Numbered from the stretch's first letter, positions 26,781 to 34,932 are shown. The stretch: DNA of 34,932 bases from Parcubacteria group bacterium (GCA_016204005.1 JACQLS010000034.1:1-34932); one strand, 5' to 3'. Notes: generated by a model not told the origin, from the sequence alone. Numbers and translations: made by a program.

Positions 26781-27227
26781 TTACTCCTGGTCAGTTACAT
26801 GCTTTTTGAGCAACCTTCCGCGCGTTGTCTTTATGCTGTAATAGAGCGCGATAAGAAACAAAAGTGCGAGTACGTGGTTTTCTAGAAACAAGAAGCTTTG
26901 CTGCCAGTCGTCTGTAGCGGGAAGATGCGAAACCAGGAGTGCTTGGTATTCGAAAAACGCAACGGCTCCAGCTGAAATAATCGTATTCAGGACCATCGTC
27001 CACCGCTGAGCAGGATTCGCAATACCCGCCGCAATGACAAGCACCGCAACCACTGTGGCCGGGTATATGATCGTTTCAGTGAGGAGGCGTGTAAAAAGAG
27101 GAAGGGACAACAGCACGGCAATACTTCCAATCAAAAATATCGTGCGCACGTTGTCTCCGTAGTAATGAACTAACCCTTTCCTTTTATGCGCATCAAGACT
27201 GAACGCATCGAGATCGATGAGTGACAT
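26781..27227 (-). CDS. Hypothetical 4-TM membrane protein
   Basis: Four hydrophobic segments; start set at ATG 27227. Confidence 0.7.
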   Translation of the reverse strand: MSLIDLDAFSLDAHKRKGLVHYYGDNVRTIFLIGSIAVLLSLPLFTRLLTETIIYPATVVAVLVIAAGIANPAQRWTMVLNTIISAGAVAFFEYQALLVSHLPATDDWQQSFLFLENHVLALLFLIALYYSIKTTRGRLLKKHVTDQE

Positions 27228-27367
27228 AGAGTATACATAGTATAGCAACGTATCGCCGTAAGAAAAGAGGATAACTCAATTTGCTGACCCACTCGGTCTC
27301 GTATTTTAGAGATTAATCGCGATTGTCCCCGTTTTTTCTTTCGTTTAATGTGCCTTTTAATACCGCG

Positions 27368-27934
27368 TTATTTAGCAATACGCACGCTGTCTCTCACTGA
27401 TACAAAATCCTGCACGATCGGCGCGCCTATTTCTAAATACGTTACGCTCAAAACATACACCCACTTCGGCTGTGCAAGGGCAATTGTGGTGCCCAGATAC
27501 AAGCCAGACCACCGAAATGAAAGCGCCGGTAGACCGCTCACGGTCGTTGACGAAAGTCTCCCCTCCCCGAGTTTAAAGTTTGATGCGCTTGTATTGCGTA
27601 TCCACCCTTCCGTTGTCTGTTTATCAAGATCGTTCTGGTAGAGCTCAATAGTAATTGCCGGCGGACCTTCACCGTTTACGGGTAAGGGCAGATTATCTTT
27701 GTGAATCAAGGTAATGACGTGATGCTTCCGCATCGCGCTCCCTGGAGCATCGAGTTCACTAAGCACATACGCCCCGGGGTATGAAAAGGAAATGCCATAT
27801 GTCGCATTTGTATACTGTTTGCTTCCAGCAAGACCTTCGCCACCTTCCCGTTGAACAGCACGCTCATTCACCAGGAAAACACCTCCGATGAGAAGTACGA
27901 CGACTACGACAATGTATACTGCAAGTTTAGGCAT
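27368..27934 (-). CDS. Membrane-anchored hypothetical protein (PsbP-like pattern)
   Basis: N-terminal TM followed by YTNATYGISFSYP, later TVSGLPAL. Confidence 0.7.
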   Translation of the reverse strand: MPKLAVYIVVVVVLLIGGVFLVNERAVQREGGEGLAGSKQYTNATYGISFSYPGAYVLSELDAPGSAMRKHHVITLIHKDNLPLPVNGEGPPAITIELYQNDLDKQTTEGWIRNTSASNFKLGEGRLSSTTVSGLPALSFRWSGLYLGTTIALAQPKWVYVLSVTYLEIGAPIVQDFVSVRDSVRIAK

Positions 27935-28035
27935 AGATATTAATGCTCCTCGGAATCCCCATATAGGCTCGATATCTAGTCGAGGCTGGCGAGCCTATCT
28001 TAAGGTTACTGCGTGCCAGAGTTGACCTCTGGGTT

Positions 28036-28572
28036 TTATAAAGCTACAAAAACGTGCCCCTCCTTTTCAACAACATCTTTGAGAGATATGTCATAAAACT
28101 TAACACTTTTGCCATTATCAAACGTGATGAAATATGGTTTACACAGAGGTCCTTGATCTTGCCTACCAGTCATTACTGCTTTGTGTTTTTCCGCAAACAC
28201 CTTGAGCCCTTTGCCAATAACTATTCCGCAATGCTCGAGACCGGATTTATAAGGATGTCCTGGCTTCGGCGGCATCAACTCAATCAGAGCAACGCTGAAA
28301 CCACCGGGGAGTGGCAGAGACTCACGCAGTAGCAATTTGGAAATTGGTCGGCCATTGTGTTCATTTTCAACATAGGAAACACAAAACTTTTTTATTTCTT
28401 CTCGTAACCTCTCGTACTCCTCTACGGTCTCCGTCCTGACACCAAGGTGGCTCATTAAGTAGCCCGAAACATCAACACCTAGCCCCTTAAGCCTTGCGAG
28501 AATATCTGCGAAAAAAGATTCGTAATCTCCTATTAGTCCTTTAATTTCCATGCTACGGGTATTGGATTTCAT
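28036..28572 (-). CDS. VOC-family metalloprotein (YecM-like)
   Basis: SHLGVR, ENEHNGRPI, LIELMPPK, GLEHCGIVIG; start could be 28551. Confidence 0.75.
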   Translation of the reverse strand: MKSNTRSMEIKGLIGDYESFFADILARLKGLGVDVSGYLMSHLGVRTETVEEYERLREEIKKFCVSYVENEHNGRPISKLLLRESLPLPGGFSVALIELMPPKPGHPYKSGLEHCGIVIGKGLKVFAEKHKAVMTGRQDQGPLCKPYFITFDNGKSVKFYDISLKDVVEKEGHVFVAL

Positions 28573-28611
28573 TAGAACCTCAATAGTACAACAAAAGTAC
28601 GCTGTCTCGAT

Positions 28612-28923
28612 TTAGCGACTCCTCTTGCCACCCTCAAAACTGCCTGGTAGCCGACGTCCTTTATCAAAGATGTCCTCTCCGCTCGGCGGGCTTTCCTTTC
28701 TTGGCGCGCAACGAGAATGGTAAAAACTAAATGTTCGTGCGGCTTTCTTTTCTTTTTGCGACATTTCTTCAGAACCCTTGGGAGAGTGGGTTTCTTTTAG
28801 AGCGGCTTCCCCACTGAGTATTGTCTCGCCACAAGCCACACAGCGTTCCGGCTTTTCTACGATAACTCTCGCGAGGGGTAGTTTCTCAAAGTCGTTGTTA
28901 ATTGCATCAAAATGTTCTTTCAT
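28612..28923 (-). CDS. Small hypothetical protein, possible zinc finger
   Basis: CVACG...YHSRC. Start set at ATG 28923, 6 nt after TGtTATGAT; the longer ORF call overlaps the tRNA. Confidence 0.6.
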   Translation of the reverse strand: MKEHFDAINNDFEKLPLARVIVEKPERCVACGETILSGEAALKETHSPKGSEEMSQKEKKAARTFSFYHSRCAPRKESPPSGEDIFDKGRRLPGSFEGGKRSR

Positions 28924-28970
28924 ATTGAAATCATAACATAGTGACGAAAATCTTGAGCATCTTTGCGTAT

Positions 28971-29041
28971 CTGCGGAGCTTGGATTCGAACCAAGATGAC
29001 GACTTTCAGAGAGTCGCATCCTACCATTAGATGACTCCGCA
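28971..29041 (-). tRNA. tRNA-Gln(CTG)
   Basis: Acceptor stem TGCGGAG/CTCCGCA, D-arm with TGG, anticodon arm CGACT-CTCTGAA-AGTCG, T-arm CTTGG-TTCGAAT-CCAAG; CCA not encoded. Confidence 0.95.
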
Positions 29042-29160
29042 AAGAAAAAGCGCTTACGCGCATCTTGAGAATACTCCAAAAAGACTCATCATTCAAGCTG
29101 TGTTGCTCCACGACAAGTACCGTGATATAAAGGCATGAGGTTTCGCTGGTCGACTCCACA

Positions 29161-29415
29161 ATGAGCGGAAAAATCGTTGGCAAGGTTACTGTCGTGCTTG
29201 ATGGAAAGACCTACGAGAACGATATGGGAGACTGGGAACAGTGCCTCTTCGACCTCCGCCGTGCGGCGCGCAATGGCAAAAATGTCGGGGATGCACTGTT
29301 GTGGCTTGCCTTTGCCGGAAGTGAGCTGGCACGGCACGCACCGGGGGCGATTTCTCTTCAGAGTATTGGTTGGGAGAGACCCGCAGAAGAGGTGCTCGGT
29401 CCACACTTTTCATGA
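29161..29415 (+). CDS. Hypothetical protein (84 aa)
   Basis: Protein-like composition; fills the gap between the tRNA and a terminator; no family recognised. Confidence 0.5.
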   Translation: MSGKIVGKVTVVLDGKTYENDMGDWEQCLFDLRRAARNGKNVGDALLWLAFAGSELARHAPGAISLQSIGWERPAEEVLGPHFS

Positions 29416-29503
29416 CACTACACGCCTCACTTGAGGCGTTTTTAATTTCCTCAAAGAAACCGAGCAAGCAAAAACCCGTCGAATGACGGGTTCAACAAAA
29501 ACA

Positions 29504-29680
29504 TTAGGATGTCTTCTTCTCCCCCTTCCGAGGCGGAGAGAGGAGAATGATAAAAACGGCGGCAACAGGCCAAAAGATGATTGCCAAAAGCTTAAGATGC
29601 GGCGGAATTGTGTCCCAATACCCCCAAGCAATCCAAAGTCCAACAATGAGCCAAGCAAACACGATAGCGAGCCAAAGCAT
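29504..29680 (-). CDS. Small 2-TM Trp-rich membrane protein (58 aa), absent from the ORF track
   Basis: MLWLAIVFAWLIVGLWIAWGYWDTIPPHLKLLAIIFWPVAAVFIILLSPPRKGEKKTS; GGGGAG SD; terminator at 29470-29492. Confidence 0.7.
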   Translation of the reverse strand: MLWLAIVFAWLIVGLWIAWGYWDTIPPHLKLLAIIFWPVAAVFIILLSPPRKGEKKTS

Positions 29681-29800
29681 GTGCGTACTCCCCGTGGTTT
29701 CGCCTGCACTACATACCTTTTAGCATACTTATCTCTGCCTGTCTAGTCCCCGGTATAAATTAAAAACGCCGATTCCCGAGGGAATACGGCGCTTGCTTTC

Positions 29801-30619
29801 TCACTTCATCAAAAGGTGCAGTTTGACTTCCGGCCGCGCGAGCCACTGGGGGTATTCACCCATAAGGCGCGCGAAGAGCTCTTCGTCGGAGATGTCATCG
29901 GGCGACGGCGACTCAATGGCGAAGAAGTTCGCATTGTCGACGAACCGCCCGCGCACTCGTTCATCCAAGGAATTCAAGAAACGGAACTGTGACGGACACT
30001 CGACAGGAACCTCCTTCGGCCTGCCCCAAAGTCCCTTTCCGGTCGTCGTCTGCCCAGGCACATAGTCCGCGCCCAGAGCAACGAACTGCCAGAAGATCGG
30101 CTCGTGCGAGGTCGCACGAATCTGTTCAACAGTTTCCGATTCGTCGTACGTCTCACCGTCTGTGACAAACACAACATAGATCGGTGGGCCGCCGTCGGTG
30201 TGCGGAGCACGCCGAGGGCCATCGCTGCCGAAATAGTGCCGCCGTACCGCCCTGATTGCCTGGGCGTACATGGTTCCACCCTCAAGGTCATTCACCTTAA
30301 TGTGCCGCGCAACAAACCCATTGTGGTCGCTTGTCGATACCTCACCAATGTCATGCGCGTTAACGCCGAAGGTGAAGACGTCGACAGCGCCATTGTCATC
30401 GAAACGATGACCGAGCGGCAAAAGACGATCGACGAGACCTTGGATCAATCCTCGCTGATAGAGGCGCTCCATCGAACGGCTGATGTCGAGCACGAGCGCG
30501 ACGCGCGCAACGTGACCGACGAGGCCGTGCCGCTCCAAATGCGGATCGAGCTTCTGAACAAGCCTAAACATTGCGGGATCCTTTTCCGCAAGCACCCTAT
30601 CCTTCTCTGCGAGATTCAT
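29801..30619 (-). CDS. vWA-domain protein (TerF-associated vWA-like)
   Basis: MIDAS LVLDISRSM, FDDNG.VDVFTF, GGTMY, VFVTDG, PIFWQFV, VDNANFF, EYPQWL; AGAAGGAG SD before ATG 30619; terminator 29762-29791. Confidence 0.88.
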   Translation of the reverse strand: MNLAEKDRVLAEKDPAMFRLVQKLDPHLERHGLVGHVARVALVLDISRSMERLYQRGLIQGLVDRLLPLGHRFDDNGAVDVFTFGVNAHDIGEVSTSDHNGFVARHIKVNDLEGGTMYAQAIRAVRRHYFGSDGPRRAPHTDGGPPIYVVFVTDGETYDESETVEQIRATSHEPIFWQFVALGADYVPGQTTTGKGLWGRPKEVPVECPSQFRFLNSLDERVRGRFVDNANFFAIESPSPDDISDEELFARLMGEYPQWLARPEVKLHLLMK

Positions 30620-30699
30620 TTCTGCTCCTTCTCTGGGGGTTGGGGGGTGTGGTGGGGAACGGCCGCATGGCGGTTCCCCTTCCACTTCTTGGTGCCGCC

Positions 30700-31308
30700 T
30701 TAGGCGGCCGGCCGAACAAGGCGAATGAAATTCTCGGTGGTCATGTCCTTGGTGCCGCCGAAGAATGCCGTCGCACTCGAGTTCACGAGCCGAGCACCAG
30801 ACGGATCACGATTGTCGACGGTCGCGATAACGCAGACGTTCTCCTTGGACGCAAGGCCGACGGCCTCGGCGAGCGAGAGCTTCACGTCGTGCGCATTGCC
30901 ATTCTCGTCGGCGACATTGAGCGCCACGTTGCTTTGGCGGAACCGAGCACCTTCGCCCTTCTTGACCGCGCCGTAGTCCCACGCAACGATGTGCACTTCG
31001 TCCCACGGCGTGAGGCTGCCGATCTTGATCCACTCTTCGTTCTTGCCGCCGGCACCCTTGGTGTCACCGACACCGGCATCGCCTGACCGCAAGATATACG
31101 GAAACTTGTCCAAGCTCTGCGTGATCCCTTGGCCGTCATCGGCCTTGCCGGGGTCATTGCCGAAGTAGATGATCTTCGGTGCCCCGCCGCCCTTGGGGAT
31201 AGCGACGGCGGCGATATCGAGGTCGACGCCGGCAAGCCAGGTCATGGTCGCCTGCAGGGTCCGGAACGGCTTGACGGGCGCAGTCGCGCCCTTTTCGGCG
31301 AGGTTCAT
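30700..31308 (-). CDS. TerD/TerA-like stress-response protein
   Basis: W...VDLD, FPYI..SGDAGVGD...NEE.I.I pattern; Ter-cluster context. Confidence 0.7.
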   Translation of the reverse strand: MNLAEKGATAPVKPFRTLQATMTWLAGVDLDIAAVAIPKGGGAPKIIYFGNDPGKADDGQGITQSLDKFPYILRSGDAGVGDTKGAGGKNEEWIKIGSLTPWDEVHIVAWDYGAVKKGEGARFRQSNVALNVADENGNAHDVKLSLAEAVGLASKENVCVIATVDNRDPSGARLVNSSATAFFGGTKDMTTENFIRLVRPAA

Positions 31309-31492
31309 TGGTGTGCCTCTGGGTTGTGGTTGTCAGACAACATCTCGGCCCGCCTCTGACGGGGCAGGGCCGTGTTGCCACAAACACGCTAGCATTTATA
31401 TAGCATCGTGTCAACCCGTAGTGTCCCCCTGTTTTTAAACAATTAAAAACCCGCCAGTCGCACGAAGCGACCGACGGGGTATATCACCTGTA

Positions 31493-32506
31493 TTAGGCCT
31501 TCGCTTCTTCGCCCTCTCTTTCAGGGAAGACAAGCGAGGCGAGAATGCCAGTCACGAGCAACGTTCCAACCACCGCGAGGCTTACGCCCGCGGAGATGTG
31601 CTCGAAACCGATGAGCCCGAGTAGAGGCTTGCCGGTAAGCGGCATAGATGCCAGATCGAAGAGCGGGACCAGCATCTTGAAGCCGATGAAGACCAGGATG
31701 GCGATCACGGCCTTTTCGAGGTGGCAGAGAAGCTTCTTCGCGGCCGCCAAGAGGAAGTACATTGATCGGAGCCCCAGGACCGCGAAGATGTTCGAGGTGT
31801 AGACCAGGAACGGGTCCTGCGTCACCGCGATGACCGCGGGAACAGAGTCGAACGCGAACATCACGTCCGAGAACTCGATGCAGACGAGGCAGAGGAGAAG
31901 CGGTGTCGCGTAGAGCATCCCGTTCTGCTTCGTGAAGAAGTTGTGCCCCACGAGTCGCGGCCAAACCGGAATGAAGCGCTTTACGCCACGGACCGACCAA
32001 TGGTCCGAGTAATCCTCAATCTCGTCGTCTCCTCCGCCCATACCGGTCCACATCTTCCACGCTGACCAGAGGACGAAGACGCCAAAGGCGATGAGCACCC
32101 ATTCACCGAGGAAGAGGAGCGAGGTGCCGGCGCCGATGAAGAGGAACCGCAACACGATCGCGCCGAGAATGCCGTAGTAGAGAATGCGATGCTGCAAGCC
32201 GAGCGCAATGCCAAAGCTCGCGAAGATTGCCATGAAGACGAAGAGGTTGTCGACGGCAAGCGACTGTTCAAGGAGATACCCTGCCATAAAGAGGAAGGCG
32301 TCATCCCCCCCGCGCGTTTCGAGGATGTGCCACGCGAAGAGGAGCGAAACGCCCCACCACACGACACTCCACATGGCGGCATTCGCCAGCGTAATCGGCT
32401 TGTCGCCGCGGTGGGCATACAAGTCGATAAGCAGCATGCCAATAACGGCAAACCCAAAGAGGGTGACGGTAAAGAGGCTATACCCAAAAACGTCCACTCC
32501 AAACAT
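31493..32506 (-). CDS. terC: TerC/Alx family metal-homeostasis membrane protein
   Basis: YLLEQSLAVDNLFVF, QHRILYYGILGAIVLR, IEFSDVMFAFDSVPAVIAVT, SNIFAVLGLRSMYF; start set at ATG 32506. Confidence 0.93.
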   Translation of the reverse strand: MFGVDVFGYSLFTVTLFGFAVIGMLLIDLYAHRGDKPITLANAAMWSVVWWGVSLLFAWHILETRGGDDAFLFMAGYLLEQSLAVDNLFVFMAIFASFGIALGLQHRILYYGILGAIVLRFLFIGAGTSLLFLGEWVLIAFGVFVLWSAWKMWTGMGGGDDEIEDYSDHWSVRGVKRFIPVWPRLVGHNFFTKQNGMLYATPLLLCLVCIEFSDVMFAFDSVPAVIAVTQDPFLVYTSNIFAVLGLRSMYFLLAAAKKLLCHLEKAVIAILVFIGFKMLVPLFDLASMPLTGKPLLGLIGFEHISAGVSLAVVGTLLVTGILASLVFPEREGEEAKA

Positions 32507-32707
32507 CGAGGACACCCCTTGTGCTGTTGTCCCATGGACCTGCGTCCAAAGATTGTATAACATAAGTGAATAAAAAAGTCAAATATAAAGCCGCTCTTGT
32601 ACTGCATTGTATCTTTACCGGAAGAAAATGGGAACGGTTATCGTCTTATTTCCTCCCACCTGTATACGTAAAAGCCGCCCCCATAGGAAGCGGCGTTGAG
32701 GGCGATG

Positions 32708-33103
32708 CTAACAGCTATCGCCCTTCTTTTCCCACAAGCTTGTCGCATTGGGGAACCAACTCATGAAGGGAACACGCCAGCCGTAGGACTTGATGCAGAT
32801 GGCGGTCTCCGTACGCGCATACTGCTTTGCCTTGGCATTCAGATCCTGGCTGTCCCACTTGAGATAAAAGAAGAACGGGAACACGTAGACTGCATCGTCG
32901 TTCCGATACACATACACCTTCTTGGTGTCGGCTCGCACGGTTTCGATACGAAATTGGTCATTGGTAGTGCCGGTCGCGATCTTGTTCGAAGCGTCGATGA
33001 TCTTGACCTCGTCGACCGTCGGCCATGCCCACATCATATAGGGGGCGCCGACGACAAGCGCCAACGCAACCAATAGCCCGATTCCTTTTCCCTTCCACGT
33101 CAT
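32708..33103 (-). CDS. DUF1523-like membrane-anchored protein
   Basis: N-terminal TM, VYRNDD, FYLKWDSQDL, YGWRVPFMSWFPNA. Confidence 0.7.
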   Translation of the reverse strand: MTWKGKGIGLLVALALVVGAPYMMWAWPTVDEVKIIDASNKIATGTTNDQFRIETVRADTKKVYVYRNDDAVYVFPFFFYLKWDSQDLNAKAKQYARTETAICIKSYGWRVPFMSWFPNATSLWEKKGDSC

Positions 33104-33274
33104 CTGTGTGCGTGCTCCTTCGCTGTCGCTGGTGGTACTCGTGGGTACTTGGGGGAGACTACCATGAGACTACTAGTGTGTCAACCCTATATAAAAAGAA
33201 CGCGCCCAGCCGACTCTTGGCTGGGCGCGCGATACGCGTCGAAGGTACTAAACGTATTGGTGCTGGCGCCGATG

Positions 33275-33718
33275 TTACGCGGCAGCAGCGCGGTTGGTGG
33301 TGACGCCGCGGGCGGCCATGGACGTGCGGAACTTGTCGGGCATGGAGGTCGCCCGGCGAACGATCTGCGTCGCGGCCGCGCGTTCATTCGCGCCGAAGTC
33401 GCTGTTGGCGTCCCAGGCCTGCATGAGGGTCTCCGCTTCGGTCTCGCTGACCTCGCCCGGGGTCGTCTCGTCCTCGAGGACGTAGGCGGTGGTGACGTCG
33501 ACGTAGAGCTGCGCGAAGCCAGTGGTGTCGTGGCCGGCATCGGGCGTGGCGTCGATGTGGTTGTTGATCAGGGTGACGAGCCAGAACTCGTCAGCGCTGA
33601 TCTTGCCGTCCGCGTAGATGTACTGGCGGAGAGCGGTGACCTCGGCGGCGTCGACGACGCCATCAGCGAGGACCATGGCGGCAACGGCAATGGCAGTCAT
33701 TCCGGTGTAGGTCTTCAT
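33275..33718 (-). CDS. TerB-like protein with repeated acidic DG-x-x-[DS]-x-x-E loops
   Basis: ADGVVDAAE, ADGKISADE, LEDETTPGEVSETE, NSDFGANE. Confidence 0.72.
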   Translation of the reverse strand: MKTYTGMTAIAVAAMVLADGVVDAAEVTALRQYIYADGKISADEFWLVTLINNHIDATPDAGHDTTGFAQLYVDVTTAYVLEDETTPGEVSETEAETLMQAWDANSDFGANERAAATQIVRRATSMPDKFRTSMAARGVTTNRAAAA

Positions 33719-33948
33719 CGGTTGGGTTTCCTTGTCCTGCAGGGTTTGGCGCCCGGAACGTTTCCAGACGGATCCAACATTGGATCAAAAACCATACTAT
33801 CATACCCTGCAAATATGTCAAGCCCCACATACCCGGGTGGCTCTTGTGTGGCGAAGACGCGGGGGTAAAAACACTGAAAATGCAACGAAAAAGGCACCCT
33901 GTAGTGGGGGTGCCCGAAATAAAATGAATATAAGAACGCGAAGTCGGC

Positions 33949-34446
33949 TTAGAGCGCGATGCCGTGCTTCTCGGCGGCAGTCACGAGCGGCTGAACGGTC
34001 GAGGGCGTCAGGCCGAGAGCGATGCACGTCGCCTTGACCTTCCTGACCTCGTTGGCGTCAAAGTTGTCGTCGGCGCCGGCGACCGCACAACCGATCATGC
34101 CAATGACGCGGCGGACCGGTTCGGGCTTCGCGCGTGCAGCGCTGATCCATTGGACAGCCTGATCGTCACCCATGGTGGGATCGATCATGTAGACGCCGTC
34201 GAGCTCGCCCCAGACGGCCGTGATGTCGGTAGTCTTGAAGTGGGCCATGGCCGGATGCTTCGTGAGCACGGCCATTGCCTTGCGCTTCTCGTTGGGGTCG
34301 AAGCTGCCGTCGGCCCAGCCGGTCAGAGTCGCAGACGCGACCGCGGCACGGAGGGTGTCCTTGTCGGTGTAGCGCTTGAACTCGCTCAGGCCGTCTTGCA
34401 ACGCACGGTTGACCATGGCGGCGAAGCCAGAGATGAGCATACGCAT
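33949..34446 (-). CDS. terB: TerB family tellurite-resistance protein
   Basis: WADGSFDPNEK and VAGADDNFDANE metal-binding helices, then IALGL; AAAGGA SD before ATG 34446. Confidence 0.85.
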   Translation of the reverse strand: MRMLISGFAAMVNRALQDGLSEFKRYTDKDTLRAAVASATLTGWADGSFDPNEKRKAMAVLTKHPAMAHFKTTDITAVWGELDGVYMIDPTMGDDQAVQWISAARAKPEPVRRVIGMIGCAVAGADDNFDANEVRKVKATCIALGLTPSTVQPLVTAAEKHGIAL

Positions 34447-34597
34447 GGTGGTGGTCCTTTCGTCTTGGGGGTGGTGGTTTGCGTTGTGGATTCGAAACGC
34501 AGGATCGCGTTCCGAGGTCAACTTATCATAAAGGGCCTTGTCTGTCAACCCCCCTCTTTGTCAGACCCAGGATCCTGCTTTAAAAGCGTTAGTTCTT

Positions 34598-34636
34598 AAA
34601 GAAAAACAGGTCGCCTAAGGCGACCTGTTTTTCTTT
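34598..34636. terminator. Symmetric intrinsic terminator
   Basis: AAAGAAAAACAGGTCGCC-TAA-GGCGACCTGTTTTTCTTT. Confidence 0.85.
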
Positions 34637-34646
34637 ATTCTGAATC

Positions 34647-34910
34647 CTACTTCTTGAAACAAATCATACAGCGGAGGTTCCCTGTCTCACGCGGCTCAAA
34701 CGGGAGCTTTGTGATTGCGGTCCCACAATCCGCGCATGACCAGTTTCCTTCAAACATTTTGCGCTCGCCGCCACCTCCATTACTGCGACGATTGCCTCCC
34801 TTTGCGGCATGACACGTCCTACACAATAAGTTATCTGTGCTTCGCGGTTCAAACGGAAGTTGCGTAATATCCGCGCCACACCCACTACACACCCAGTTCC
34901 CTTGATGCAT
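34647..34910 (-). CDS. Tandem CxxC-x17-CxxC-type zinc-ribbon protein
   Basis: Two repeats of GNW.C..CG..IT.LPFEP.....L.C..C separated by a Gly/Arg linker. Confidence 0.85.
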   Translation of the reverse strand: MHQGNWVCSGCGADITQLPFEPRSTDNLLCRTCHAAKGGNRRSNGGGGERKMFEGNWSCADCGTAITKLPFEPRETGNLRCMICFKK

Positions 34911-34932
34911 ACCAAATAAAAAAAATAAACTA

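Noticed and set aside
28971-29041. tRNA-Gln as integration site of the Ter cluster
   Set aside because: No duplicated tRNA 3' end seen in the window, and the cluster lies on the 5' side of the tRNA.
30688-30759. 12-bp direct repeat CTTGGTGCCGCC (30688-30699, 30748-30759)
   Set aside because: Only two copies in GC-rich DNA, one inside the CDS; more likely a local duplication or chance than a target-site duplication.
32507-32600. yybP-ykoY manganese riboswitch upstream of terC
   Set aside because: The predicted leader is only about 40 nt and lacks the recognisable conserved elements.
1-34932. CRISPR array, prophage, IS or integrase
   Set aside because: No regularly spaced direct repeats and no recognisable cas, phage structural, transposase or recombinase genes.
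1-34932. Alternative genetic code (TGA read as Gly or Trp)
   Set aside because: Conserved genes such as pncA, pncB and gdh end at TGA at expected lengths, and long ORFs are intact under code 11.

Overview
Bacterial chromosomal window, most likely from a Patescibacteria/CPR (Parcubacteria-like) genome. This is inferred from the groES/groEL-secG-membrane-anchored peptide SBP-rnj-MFS layout, DUF378, a CxxC-x17-CxxC protein and orphan surface proteins. TGA acts as a stop, so the code is standard code 11. The left third holds housekeeping genes (groEL, groES, secG, rnj, nth, Glu dehydrogenase, amidase, cyclophilin). The middle holds a complete NAD+ salvage locus (NadM-like adenylyltransferase, nrtR, pncA, pncB, glutamine-dependent nadE) followed by guaB. 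It carries two matching AGTGTA-N5-TACACT operator palindromes and a repeated, covarying RNA module between genes. The right side has a fatty-acid desaturase, tRNA-Gln(CTG) and a high-GC Ter-type stress cluster (two TerB-type, DUF1523-like, TerC, TerD-like, vWA, small membrane protein) built mostly from separate promoter-gene-terminator units. Other signals: a candidate 75-nt small RNA with two cUUCGg hairpins, and two apparent expression grammars (leaderless TGn-TAnnnT-N6-ATG genes versus TTGAC-promoter, Shine-Dalgarno-led cassettes). No CRISPR, integrase, transposase or rRNA was seen. All calls are by eye from motifs; no searches or folding programs were run.
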